Source of the DNA: Candidatus Thorarchaeota archaeon
GTDB lineage: Archaea; Asgardarchaeota; Thorarchaeia; Thorarchaeales; Thorarchaeaceae
Length of the DNA stretch: 64,000 bases
Reading direction: 5' to 3'
NCBI GenBank assembly: GCA_011364985.1
Contig: RDOC01000001.1
Span: 224,001-288,000 of the forward strand
The notes beneath the pieces were generated by a model, which was not told where the DNA came from, made no database searches, and saw nothing but the letters and a program-made list of their open reading frames with translations. How positions within the stretch are numbered: the first letter of the stretch is position 1; each line of letters begins with the position of its first letter. Below, piece after piece: positions 1 to 9,485 of the stretch. A program made the translations under genes and the position numbers.

Positions 1-171
1 GGCGCGATCCATGCTCATCCCGATGGTCCTGCAGCAGGGTCTCGCGCATTTAGACAGGCAATAGATGCAGTCATGGCAGGAATATCAATTAAGAAGGCTT
101 CGCAGGAACATGAGGAATTGAAACGTGCTATCGATTCCTGGGGCTCTGGAAAGACGGGCTTTGACCTGTGA
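1..171 (+). CDS. RuBisCO large subunit / RuBisCO-like protein, C-terminal fragment (5' truncated by window)
   Basis: Frame 1 reads GAIHAHPDGPAAGSRAFRQAIDAVMAGISIKKASQEHEELKRAIDSWGSGKTGFDL*. This matches the GG..GHP.G..AGA.A.RQA.DA...HxEL..A...WG C-terminus of form III/IV RuBisCO-family proteins. Not in the ORF track. Confidence 0.85.
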   Translation, partial: GAIHAHPDGPAAGSRAFRQAIDAVMAGISIKKASQEHEELKRAIDSWGSGKTGFDL

Positions 172-242
172 TTGGAAGCATTTGAAAGCCATGTCTCAGA
201 GCATGGAGAAGTCTAATAACCAAGTTCTACAAGTCTTCATGT

Positions 243-1259
243 ATGCGCCCTCAGGAGCTAATTGATGAATCAATCGTATCGTGGCTGCTAGAGCATAGTG
301 ATCCTAGTGTGCGATATTGGGCGCTGCAGAATCTGCAAGGTTTGAAGCCTGCTCACGAGGAGGTTCGGAAAGCTCAAGATGTCATTATGGCATCAGATTG
401 TGTTCGAAGGATTCTTTCGGCACAGAACACCAATGGCGCCTGGGGCGATGCCAATGACATGTATAACCCCAAGTATACGGCTACAACTCATTCTTTGCTA
501 ATCCTAGCTGAATTGGGTGCAAAAAGAACACAAGCAATAGAGAGGGCGATTGAGCACCTTTTCAGATTTCAGAGGACCTCTGGACATTTCCTTGGAGACT
601 TGCCCAAGACAGAAAAGGGTCGTTCGAGTGCCGTCAAAGATGGCTGCTGCCTTGACGGGAATATTCTGTACTACCTGAGCCACTTTGGTTTCCTAGATGA
701 CAGTAGGACGCAAAGTCTGATTGATTTCCAAGTCGAGTACTATAATTGGGAAAACACGGGATGGCCGTGTCGCGCATACCCAATCAATCCGGAAAGAGTC
801 TTCCCAAGCAACTGTTACATGGGCAGGATAAAGAATCTCAAAGGTCTCGCTTCGATCCCTAGTGAGAAAAGGTCTAAGGATGTTCAGAAGATAATACGGA
901 GCGAAATCGAAGTAATACTTGAGAATCAACTATTCAGATATCTCAGAAACCCTGATGGCAGCAGAAAAGCAAAAGTCGGTTGGACACGATTTGGATTTCC
1001 TCTTTTCTATCAATCAGATGTACTGGAAGTTCTTGATATGCTGACTGGCCTTGGAGTAAGAGATGAAAGAATGCAGGATTCCATTGACCTTGTTGTGAAG
1101 AACAGACGAGACGACGGGAAATGGATTCTCAAGAACACTTACAATGGAAAGATGCTTTGCAATATAGAGGAAAAGGGCCAGCCCTCAAAATGGATTACTC
1201 TACGAGCCCTTCGAGTTCTAAAAAGGCTTTATGGAGAGGATCTGTTTCAAAGAGCATAA
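243..1259 (+). CDS. Prenyltransferase/squalene-cyclase-like alpha-alpha toroid protein
   Basis: QW-type repeats (QNTNGAW, RRDDGKW), FGFPLFYQSDVLEVL and a C-terminal PSKWITLRALRVL, typical of this uncharacterised family. Confidence 0.65.
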   Translation: MRPQELIDESIVSWLLEHSDPSVRYWALQNLQGLKPAHEEVRKAQDVIMASDCVRRILSAQNTNGAWGDANDMYNPKYTATTHSLLILAELGAKRTQAIERAIEHLFRFQRTSGHFLGDLPKTEKGRSSAVKDGCCLDGNILYYLSHFGFLDDSRTQSLIDFQVEYYNWENTGWPCRAYPINPERVFPSNCYMGRIKNLKGLASIPSEKRSKDVQKIIRSEIEVILENQLFRYLRNPDGSRKAKVGWTRFGFPLFYQSDVLEVLDMLTGLGVRDERMQDSIDLVVKNRRDDGKWILKNTYNGKMLCNIEEKGQPSKWITLRALRVLKRLYGEDLFQRA

Positions 1260-1477
1260 TGTGTACCTTGGACCAATCAAGTTGCCCAGTGCCATCCTGA
1301 GAAGGATAGTAAATCCTGCGCAGCAAATCGGGATGTCTATGGTTAAACTCCCTTGAGGATGTCAGTAAAACATGGCTGATTCTTAGAATCGATTGCCGTA
1401 AACACACCAAGGATCCTCTTACGAAGCTCCTCCTCTATGAACTCGAAAACCGTACGGCTCGATGACTTGCTAAAATT

Positions 1478-3064
1478 TCACTTGTTTAGTCGACGATACA
1501 TAGCCTTGGTGTTCTTGTATATGTTCAGGAATTCCTTGTACAACTCATCATAGAGCTCTCTATTCTCCGGATTTGGTTGGAAAGTTCGAGAGAATTGTAT
1601 CAGTTCAGGGATTTCGTTAAAGGTACATATTCCAAGACCAACTGCCCCAATTAGTGCAGCACCTCGAATATTCGCATAGATTGGATCCTTGATTTGGCGT
1701 ATAGTTCGATTCAACACATCTGCATAGATCTGGCACCAAACATCTGACTGAGCACCGCCGCCAATGATATTCAGTGGGTCCATCCTTTTCTTGATGAACT
1801 TCTCCACAAGCTCCATCAACCAGCGGCTATTATAGGCCACTCCTTCAAATATGGCACGAATGATTTCTTCTCGTTTCGCTTCAAGTGAGATATTATGCAG
1901 GCCCCCCCGAAGAGTGTAATCTTCAACAGGAGTACGTTCGCCATAGAGCCAGGGGGTAAAAATCAACTTGTTGCTACCGGGTGGCACTTTCTCGACGATT
2001 GTATCGAACTCCTGATAGACCTCTTGCTTGCCAAAGCGTTGAGGGTCATCGGGAAACAAGACATTGTCCCGGAGAAACGCCAAACATGCTCCTGCTGTTT
2101 CCTGCTCATTTGCCACAAAGTATCGACCAGGGATTGCAGAAGGTAAGGATGCCATGTTATGGGATATGTCTGTCTTTTTGAAAGGTACATGGCACAGAAC
2201 CCAGCTACTCGTTCCAATGTATATGTGCCCTTCATAATTGCGCACAGCACCTGACCCAACAATAGCTGAGTGCAAATCAGGAGAACCAACCACCACCTTG
2301 GTTGTCGGCGACAATCCAATCTCGTTAGCAACATCCGGCTTCAAGTCGCCGAGAATGTCTATTGAACGCATAAGTGGAGGTAGTTTCTCTCGATGAATTC
2401 CCAGCTTCTTGATCAGGCCATCGTCGTATTTGATATTAGAGATGTCACGTGTGTCAGTGACCCAGTGGAGCATGATTGAGTCGTAGGAAGCTGCGAACCT
2501 TCCTGTTAGTTTGAGATTGAGATAGTCCTTGCACTCGAGAAACATGTAGGTGGAATTGTAGACTTCAGGGTGTTCGTTCTTGAGCCAGAGTATGTGTGCA
2601 ATCGGATCTTTACCACTTCCTGTCGGAATGCCACCAGTTTTGCGAAGCCAACGAAGAAGATTGAGAACGGAATACCCCTGGATGTTAATGAATCCCCTCA
2701 TCATTTTCTCTAAGTGCGGCTTGCCTCGTGTGTCCATCCAGATTATTGCATTCCAAAGGTGTTGCCCGTTCTCATCAACAGGAACAGTACCTGACCATTG
2801 GCTAGATACACAGACACCAACAATTCTCTCAGCTGGCACATAATTTGCTTGAACAAGGTTCTTGGATGCCCTAACGAATGCATCCCACCAGAGCGTTGGA
2901 TCTTGTTCGGCCCCTCCACCTTTCTTCAAAGTGATAGGTGTGTCCTCAAAATCGTATGCTAATACCTCACCACAGGAATCAGTGATTGCCACTTTCATAG
3001 CAGAAGTGCCATGATCCACAGCTAAGAGGAAATTATTCTCCTCACTATTCAATGCGAATCCCAA
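1478..3064 (-). CDS. FGGY-family carbohydrate kinase (xylulokinase-like)
   Basis: DHGTSAMK, AEQDP..WW, AIIWMDTR, YIGTSSW, PWLYGERTP, EGVAY and GGGAQSDVWCQIYAD motifs. Confidence 0.9.
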   Translation of the reverse strand: MGFALNSEENNFLLAVDHGTSAMKVAITDSCGEVLAYDFEDTPITLKKGGGAEQDPTLWWDAFVRASKNLVQANYVPAERIVGVCVSSQWSGTVPVDENGQHLWNAIIWMDTRGKPHLEKMMRGFINIQGYSVLNLLRWLRKTGGIPTGSGKDPIAHILWLKNEHPEVYNSTYMFLECKDYLNLKLTGRFAASYDSIMLHWVTDTRDISNIKYDDGLIKKLGIHREKLPPLMRSIDILGDLKPDVANEIGLSPTTKVVVGSPDLHSAIVGSGAVRNYEGHIYIGTSSWVLCHVPFKKTDISHNMASLPSAIPGRYFVANEQETAGACLAFLRDNVLFPDDPQRFGKQEVYQEFDTIVEKVPPGSNKLIFTPWLYGERTPVEDYTLRGGLHNISLEAKREEIIRAIFEGVAYNSRWLMELVEKFIKKRMDPLNIIGGGAQSDVWCQIYADVLNRTIRQIKDPIYANIRGAALIGAVGLGICTFNEIPELIQFSRTFQPNPENRELYDELYKEFLNIYKNTKAMYRRLNK

Positions 3065-3116
3065 TTCTGGAATGGCAAACGCGCATATATGAGATTCGAG
3101 AGCAGTTCCTTCCCAT

Positions 3117-4331
3117 TCAGATATCTATGGTTTCCACATTTCCTTTGTGGTCGATAGATTCTATGATAAGTGGCGACCCCTCTCCGGTGACTTCTTTCAG
3201 TCCGAGGACTTCTTTCATCATCAATAGAAGGTCCATTGGAACTATACATGCCTCAGGAGGCAATACGCCCTTCCCTTTTACCTTTCCACGGTACATGAGA
3301 ATCGCACCAATTGCAGCCGGTATTCCAGTCGAATCACCCATTGCACGCCCTACAGATGCCAAGGAGAAATCATATTCATGAGGATTGCCATCTAAAATGC
3401 CACGGACCCGTATCTTTAGACATCCTCTCTGTTCCCCGAAATCGGTTTCTTCGAGGATTCTGTCCCGTTGACTGAGGATGTAAGAAATCGCGAAGTCCAA
3501 AGGAACAACCTGCTGACCTCGTACCTCAATCGGCTCTTCGCCAACAATGCCAAGGCGAACAACATTTTGAATGAGGCTATAGTACTCAGGAGGAATAACG
3601 CATCCAAGATTTGTGACTCGCTTGCATTTGATATAGTTCGGAAGGGTGATTGTTTCCGGATGCGGGTAGCAGTAGCTCCTGTAGGTGCCAATCAGGGGAT
3701 ATTCAACATCTTCTTCCAATGCCATCCCACTCTCTTCGAAATACTTCACCGTTGTGAACTTGCCGTCAAGATACATGGGTATATCAGCCAGCATACTGTG
3801 AATTCGATGTGCAATGACAGCAGCTCCCTCTCTCACGTCACCACCATGAACGTGCAAGATGTCTATAGCATCAACCTCATCTAACATAGCATCAGCGCAG
3901 AATTTGGCAAGCAGATTGGCAACGCCGGGGGAACCCCCCATACCTGTAAGAGCAGTGATGTCCGCCTTCTTGGCGGCTTCGTCCATTTCTAAAAGATTCT
4001 TTGTTGCATCAAAATCATCACAGACATCCACATAATCTATGCCTGACTCAATTACTGCTTTTAGGACAATGGGACCCAGTTTGTAAAAGGGACCACAGAC
4101 GTTTAGTACAATATCCGCGCCCTTGATTGCATCCTTTACGTTCTCGGGGTCACTGGCATCAACAAGTATTGCAGAACATCGACTTGCATCAGCTTCACTG
4201 GCGCAGGTCTGAGCGCCTTCGTAGTCTAGGTCGGCCACAATGATCTCATCAAAATCATCGTAGGATGCAAGCGTCTGGACAGCAATGCTTCCAACAGTAC
4301 CGCATCCACCTATTACAACTATGCGAGCCAT
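3117..4331 (-). CDS. Saccharopine dehydrogenase-like NAD(P)-dependent oxidoreductase
   Basis: N-terminal GGCGTVG Rossmann motif, VLNVCGPFY, DYVDVCDD, GMGGSPG, HPETITLP, GVLPPEA. Confidence 0.88.
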   Translation of the reverse strand: MARIVVIGGCGTVGSIAVQTLASYDDFDEIIVADLDYEGAQTCASEADASRCSAILVDASDPENVKDAIKGADIVLNVCGPFYKLGPIVLKAVIESGIDYVDVCDDFDATKNLLEMDEAAKKADITALTGMGGSPGVANLLAKFCADAMLDEVDAIDILHVHGGDVREGAAVIAHRIHSMLADIPMYLDGKFTTVKYFEESGMALEEDVEYPLIGTYRSYCYPHPETITLPNYIKCKRVTNLGCVIPPEYYSLIQNVVRLGIVGEEPIEVRGQQVVPLDFAISYILSQRDRILEETDFGEQRGCLKIRVRGILDGNPHEYDFSLASVGRAMGDSTGIPAAIGAILMYRGKVKGKGVLPPEACIVPMDLLLMMKEVLGLKEVTGEGSPLIIESIDHKGNVETIDI

Positions 4332-4385
4332 AGTTCCCTTGGAGGACTCACGGATATTTTAGTCTGGCGCAGGTTTGCATGAGTC

Positions 4386-4937
4386 TTACCCGAGAAAATA
4401 TTCAGCGTGAACCCGACCTGCCGAATCAAAACGAACGCCCTCCATCTCCAGGATTCGGCGTTTCATATCGAGTCCTCCTTGGAATCCGCCCAAGGTTCTA
4501 TCAGAACGGACAGCTCTGTGGCAAGGTACTACAACAGGGAAGGGATTCCTAGCCAGAGCGTTACCGACTGCACGAATGCCGCGAGTACCTATTTCTGATG
4601 CGAGTCTCCCATAAGATGAAGTCATTCCGCGTGGAATTCTTCGTTCTTCAAGAAGCACGTCAAGCTGGAATTTATTGCAGACAGATGTATCAACATAGTC
4701 CATAGTGATGCGAGAAGAATCACCTAAGAAAAATCGCTGAATCCTGCGGACGAGTTCTTCAACTCTGGAATTCTCTTTCGTAAGCGTTGATGGAAAACGC
4801 TGTGAGAGTGTTCTAGCCAATTGACTCTTACTTTGTGGAAGCATAATGTGGATTGCAAGCGCTTTTTCATTCGCGAGCCGATAGACTATTCCACAATGGC
4901 CAAAGGCCGTTTCAAAGATACAATGATATAGCATCAC
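4386..4937 (-). CDS. ogt: Methylated-DNA--protein-cysteine methyltransferase
   Basis: IPRG...SYG.LA, RAVGNAL.RNP.P.VVPCHR active site, GGL.MK..ILEMEG. Confidence 0.95.
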   Translation of the reverse strand: MMLYHCIFETAFGHCGIVYRLANEKALAIHIMLPQSKSQLARTLSQRFPSTLTKENSRVEELVRRIQRFFLGDSSRITMDYVDTSVCNKFQLDVLLEERRIPRGMTSSYGRLASEIGTRGIRAVGNALARNPFPVVVPCHRAVRSDRTLGGFQGGLDMKRRILEMEGVRFDSAGRVHAEYFLG

Positions 4938-5045
4938 TTTGCACTCATTTTCAGGATAGGCAACACCTCACATAATGCTTTGGTGTAACACAAGTCTCAA
5001 TAGTACTCCCGAATTCAAGGGAGTATATCCAAGGAAGGTGCAGTG

Positions 5046-5786
5046 TTGAACATGGAGAAGTTTCACGGATTTGCATGCATGGTATGCGGTGGAACTCTTG
5101 TTTACGATGACAAGGCGAAAGAACAGATCTGTGATTACTGCGGGCAAAAAACGAAGTCTACGATTTACTGCCCAGAAGGCCATTTTGTATGCGATGTATG
5201 TCATTCTGGTGATGCAATCGAGTTGCTAAACAGAATGGCAGACTCAAACGACCGAATAAATCCGATAGATATCGTTGAGGATGCCTATCTGCATCATGCC
5301 TTCAAGTTTCATGGACCGGAACACCATAGCCTTGTACCAGCGGCGATTCTAATATCGCTTAAGAACATCGCCGCACAAAGACCGAACGGCGACATAGTGA
5401 CTGCAGAGATGGTTCGCGAGGGCATTCGGAGAGGTACAAAAATCCCCGGAGGATTCTGTGGGACTGCAGGAAACTGTGGAGCATGTGTGGGAGCTGGAGT
5501 TGCAATTGCCGTCTTTCTCGGTTCAACTCCGACAAGAGGACCAGAACGAAAAGCATCAATTCTCACTACAATTGCTGCATTGGAGCGGGTCACTGACGGG
5601 CTCATTAGATGCTGTAAGAGATCGACATTTCACGGTATTGCAGCGGCAATGCAAGTGCTTCGTGAGAAGTTTAAGATTGACCTAGGCCCCGAGCCTCGGG
5701 CAAGCTCCTGCAAGAACTCTCATCTAAACAAGGACTGTGCAAAAGAAGAGTGTGTCTTCTACCCTGGACTTCAAGACGCGAATTAG
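5046..5786 (+). CDS. Cys-rich DUF5714-type protein with N-terminal zinc-ribbon-like motifs
   Basis: CxxC repeats (CMVC, CDYC, CDVCH), HGPEHH, PGGFCG.AGNCGA, RCCKR and C-terminal C..C..C.FY. Start could be GTG 5043, TTG 5046 or ATG 5052. Confidence 0.7.
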   Translation: MNMEKFHGFACMVCGGTLVYDDKAKEQICDYCGQKTKSTIYCPEGHFVCDVCHSGDAIELLNRMADSNDRINPIDIVEDAYLHHAFKFHGPEHHSLVPAAILISLKNIAAQRPNGDIVTAEMVREGIRRGTKIPGGFCGTAGNCGACVGAGVAIAVFLGSTPTRGPERKASILTTIAALERVTDGLIRCCKRSTFHGIAAAMQVLREKFKIDLGPEPRASSCKNSHLNKDCAKEECVFYPGLQDAN

Positions 5787-5789
5787 GGA

Positions 5790-6548
5790 CTACTCCAAGG
5801 TGATTCGGTCCCCGATTTTGGCCGAAACGCGATCAATGGCACGTCCATTTCTTAGGGAAACCTCTAGCGTGCCAGCACTTCCCACTATTGCAAAGATGTC
5901 ATCATCAGGCCCATCTGCATAGGTCATACACTGGACTAGTTCTCTTTCCATACCAGACATGCGCAATTGAAACCTGTCTTTTGAGAGGGGCGAGAGATTG
6001 GTGACAATATTTCCAAAATGGTCTATTCTCACAACCTCACCTTCACGACCTTTCAGATGAAAGGCAATCTCGATGTCGAGTCCATTCTTCTTTCCTTGAA
6101 TCATCGACTCTAGATCCCCATTTTCAAGAAGACCTGCGGCCTTGGCAAAGACATCCCGACCATGAAAGGTACGAGACGAGGTACTATCTATACGTAAGGA
6201 AAATATCTCTCCTATTCCATCCTTCCGCATCGTGGGAGATAGCAGTCCATTGTCAGGTGCAATGAAGAAGTAGTTACTACTCTTAGCAAAGATGGCATCA
6301 CGCTCTGTGCCTACGCCAGGATCTACTACGCATACAAAGGTTGTTCCTAGAGGAAATGACTCAAAGCTTTGGAGAAGCACCCAAGCGGCTTCCCGCACTG
6401 ACTGAGGAGATATTGAATGTGTGAGATCCACGATTTTTGTGTTAGGTGCATGGCCTAGGATCACACCTTTCATGATTCCAACAAACTCGGACTCTCCAAA
6501 ATCGGTTAGCAGTACGATCAAGCTCTTCCTCCTCAGCTGATTATTCAA
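5790..6548 (-). CDS. SAM hydroxide adenosyltransferase (DUF62; chlorinase/fluorinase family)
   Basis: LLTDFG, MKGVI, VVDPGVGT.R, PDNGLL, TFHGRDVFA, IDHFGN. Confidence 0.93.
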   Translation of the reverse strand: MNNQLRRKSLIVLLTDFGESEFVGIMKGVILGHAPNTKIVDLTHSISPQSVREAAWVLLQSFESFPLGTTFVCVVDPGVGTERDAIFAKSSNYFFIAPDNGLLSPTMRKDGIGEIFSLRIDSTSSRTFHGRDVFAKAAGLLENGDLESMIQGKKNGLDIEIAFHLKGREGEVVRIDHFGNIVTNLSPLSKDRFQLRMSGMERELVQCMTYADGPDDDIFAIVGSAGTLEVSLRNGRAIDRVSAKIGDRITLE

Positions 6549-7671
6549 TCTTCACCATTCGAATCTCGTTGTAGTCAGTCAGGACCCGAACGTATCCGCG
6601 AAGCAATTCATCTACAGAGGGATCTCCGGTGTCGACCTTCAGTGTACCATTTTCAATTCCTCGAAGCTTCGCAGGTGTGCAGATTACAATGATGTTGTCT
6701 TTTCCTACTTTCTGTATTATGTTTGGGCTGATTTGTTGGTTTCCCCTACCAAATAGCATTCCTTGGTGACCGATAGGTGACACAACAATCCACGTCTTGT
6801 TGAAGTCATCAACCAAGTTCAGAATTTGCTCTTCATTGACATCCTTGTAGACCTGCTCATTTCTGTAGATATCAACGCCCAGAGTGGTCTTTTCAACATC
6901 CAGAAGCTCGGCCACCTTTTTCACTGTGGTCCCCGGACCTAGTATATACGTCCCCTTGGGAATCATTGAGTCAATGACATATCGGGCGATGGCCTCTTGA
7001 GCTTCACCTTCATCAATTGTTTCAGGACTTGCCTGTTTTGCTCCCTGAAATCGAGCTGGAACTGAAGGTCCCTTAAGGTACCCGTAGAGGCGTATTTCAA
7101 AACAGTCCTTGCGGAACGCCTCTTCATCGGCATCCATCACCTCGAATTCTGTGGAGGATGCAGTGCCCTCAGCAACGAGCCGCACAACTTCTGCTGCATC
7201 AGCTGGATTGACCACGAAGATGCCACTATACATCTTCACACCAGAAGGAACGCCTAGGACCATCAAATCGTCAAGACTATGTTCATCAACTTCGTCTAGA
7301 ATGTCTCTGGCCGTGCCGTCACCACCCACAAAAACCAACAGTCTAACACCAGCCTTGTAGAGAGCGTGAACACAAGCGCGTGTATCCTCAGCAGAGGTGA
7401 CATCACCCAAGGCAATTGGAATAGTTTTGTGCGGAATTTCGGCTTTCGCCGCCACTTGTTCGCCCATTTGCTGCGGACACGTAAGAATTTGAATATCGAG
7501 GGAACCACTACGAATAATCCGTCCCAAGGTTTCAAGAAATTCCATTGCACGCTTAGGAGCAACAGGAGTAGCACCAAGTTTCACAGCCTCATCAAGCACT
7601 CCATCAGTCCCCTTGAGACCGACCCGACCGCCCATTCCTGCGATTGGATTTATCAGCAGTCCGATAATCAT
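6541..7671 (-). CDS. ATP-NAD kinase family protein (COG3199 type)
   Basis: NPIAGMGG.VGLKGTDG, GGDGTARD, GVPSGVKMYSG, LFGRGNQQ, VDTGD. Overlaps the downstream DUF62 gene by 8 bp. Confidence 0.9.
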   Translation of the reverse strand: MIIGLLINPIAGMGGRVGLKGTDGVLDEAVKLGATPVAPKRAMEFLETLGRIIRSGSLDIQILTCPQQMGEQVAAKAEIPHKTIPIALGDVTSAEDTRACVHALYKAGVRLLVFVGGDGTARDILDEVDEHSLDDLMVLGVPSGVKMYSGIFVVNPADAAEVVRLVAEGTASSTEFEVMDADEEAFRKDCFEIRLYGYLKGPSVPARFQGAKQASPETIDEGEAQEAIARYVIDSMIPKGTYILGPGTTVKKVAELLDVEKTTLGVDIYRNEQVYKDVNEEQILNLVDDFNKTWIVVSPIGHQGMLFGRGNQQISPNIIQKVGKDNIIVICTPAKLRGIENGTLKVDTGDPSVDELLRGYVRVLTDYNEIRMVKIE

Positions 7672-7727
7672 TGATACGTCACGTCTCCCGAATTCCTTCT
7701 GACCTTTAGCGTTTCTGATGGATAGAC

Positions 7728-8333
7728 CTACTCAATTAGGGCATTAACTTCAGAGGCGGCTCTAATCCAGAAAGAGACTCGCAGCAGAACCTCCTCTAGG
7801 TATTCCTCTCGTTTATTAGGTGTTAGGCCTTCTGGCCAACGTGTTGTCCGATATTCATTGAACTTGTTGAAGACCTTACCGAATCGAGTCGTGAGTGGCA
7901 ACTTGACTTTGCTGTCTGCAATGGTGTTCAATGCGCGGATTAGGGTGACAAAATCAAGGTCAAGCCGCATAATCCACTTGCACATCGTTTTGAAGAAAGG
8001 ACGGTCATTCAAGTCGTCCCATGGGAGGCTCTTCACAGCCTCTCGGTCAGCGGCATCAATTCTCCCTGTATTGGCAGGGCATTTTGTGTCAAAGTCACAC
8101 TTTCCCCTGACATACATCTTCTTCTTTGAGATCCAGAGGATGATCTCATGCTGCCCCTTCTTCATCATTCGTTCCTTGTGTGGACCAACAGGAAAGATGA
8201 CCTCGATGATACCCTTCTCTCTGTACCGAGCCCCAGACTTCAAATAGAGCTGGAAGGCCCATGCCAGAGGGGGAATAGTGTTGACAGGGTAATGTTCATC
8301 AGCCTTTGTCATTGTCTTGTTAGCAGAACACAT
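7728..8333 (-). CDS. Hypothetical protein
   Basis: 201-aa ORF with protein-like composition, co-oriented with downstream genes. No family recognised. Confidence 0.7.
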   Translation of the reverse strand: MCSANKTMTKADEHYPVNTIPPLAWAFQLYLKSGARYREKGIIEVIFPVGPHKERMMKKGQHEIILWISKKKMYVRGKCDFDTKCPANTGRIDAADREAVKSLPWDDLNDRPFFKTMCKWIMRLDLDFVTLIRALNTIADSKVKLPLTTRFGKVFNKFNEYRTTRWPEGLTPNKREEYLEEVLLRVSFWIRAASEVNALIE

Positions 8334-8442
8334 TCCCCTTGATATGAGTTGGGATGTAAGACGATACTTTGGTTTCTAAACGAACGAATCTCTTATTTCG
8401 ACTATTCGGAAGAACCAACGATTCGTAGGAAGTGGTTCCAGT

Positions 8443-8940
8443 CTGCCCAAGGAAACCATAACGATTGCGGAATATTCTGAAAAGTATGCAGGTTCAATAG
8501 TAGAGCATCTATTCCCAGAAACTAGCCCTGAAGTGATTATTGGTCAGCAAAGAGAACTTCTGGCTCCTGGCCGGGATGAAGTCTTCAGTGTGTGTGCCCT
8601 AGAAGAGGATAAAGTCGTTGGGGTATGTACGGGCGTACGGGCGAGGTGACATGGTTCACGTCATAGGGTCGAGCTGGTCCAGATCGTAGTTCGCGACAAG
8701 TATCAGAGGAGAAGAGTTTCCAGACAGATGATGGCTGAGATTGCCAAGCACTTCAAGAAACTAGGAGTCAAGATAGTCCAAGTCAGCGTGGAGCGGAGAA
8801 ACACTGATGCGTGGCGGGCATACAAGAGGCTCGGTTTCAAACAAATTGGAATCCTACGTAGAGGGCTGAAATGTGATGATAACTATAACGACGAGATAAT
8901 GCTGGCAGCAGACATAGGCACGATCATTGGAGGAAATTAG
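8443..8940 (+). pseudogene. GNAT-family N-acetyltransferase interrupted by an in-frame TGA (8647-8649)
   Basis: One frame reads LPKETITIAEYSEKYAGSIVEHLF...VCALEEDKVVGVCTGVRAR*HGSRHRVELVQIVVRDKYQRRRVSRQMM...VERRNTDAWRAYKRLGF...DEIML. GNAT beta strands and the N..A..Y..LGF motif flank the stop. The start is inferred. Confidence 0.7.
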
Positions 8941-9485
8941 CGGATTCCCTGTTCGCGTCGATACACCAGCGTTTTTCCAAGTTCTGCGAAGATGTCGATG
9001 ATGCCCTCACCCGTTTTTGCACTGCTCTCAACGTAGGGCATGCCATGAGTGTCTGCAAACTCCTTCCCTTCCTTGGGCTCAACAACACGGTCAGGAAGAT
9101 CCGTCTTGTTGGCCACCAAGACCAGTGGTATATCCTTTCCAATGGCCCGCTTCAGCTCTTCCAGCCACTCCTCAAGGAGCATGAATGTTCGGCGCCTACT
9201 GACATCATACACAAGGAGGCCACCATTCGAACCGCGATAGTACATCGGCCTCAGGATTTGAAAGCGGGACTGACCAGCTACATCCCAGATCTGCAGCTTC
9301 ACGGTGAGATTATCGCCGCTGGAGCTGATGACATCGATATTCTTGACGGCGAATTGACTTCCGATGGTGGTCTTGTAATCAGTACGGAAGAATCCATGAG
9401 AGAATCTGGTGACGATTGCTGTTTTCCCTACTGCTCCTTCGCCCAGCACGACTACTTTAAATAAATAATCATATGAACTACTCAT
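8937..9485 (-). CDS. Rab-like small GTPase (eukaryotic signature protein)
   Basis: YDYLFKVVVLGEGAVGKT (G1), TIG (G2), KLQIWDVAGQ (G3), YYRGS, LVYDVS, NKTD (G4), ESSAK (G5). Confidence 0.95.
   Translation of the reverse strand: MSSSYDYLFKVVVLGEGAVGKTAIVTRFSHGFFRTDYKTTIGSQFAVKNIDVISSSGDNLTVKLQIWDVAGQSRFQILRPMYYRGSNGGLLVYDVSRRRTFMLLEEWLEELKRAIGKDIPLVLVANKTDLPDRVVEPKEGKEFADTHGMPYVESSAKTGEGIIDIFAELGKTLVYRREQGIR

Noticed and set aside
8647-8649. TGA as selenocysteine
   Set aside because: No redox motif context, TGG to TGA is the simpler explanation, other decay signs are present, and no SECIS was recognised
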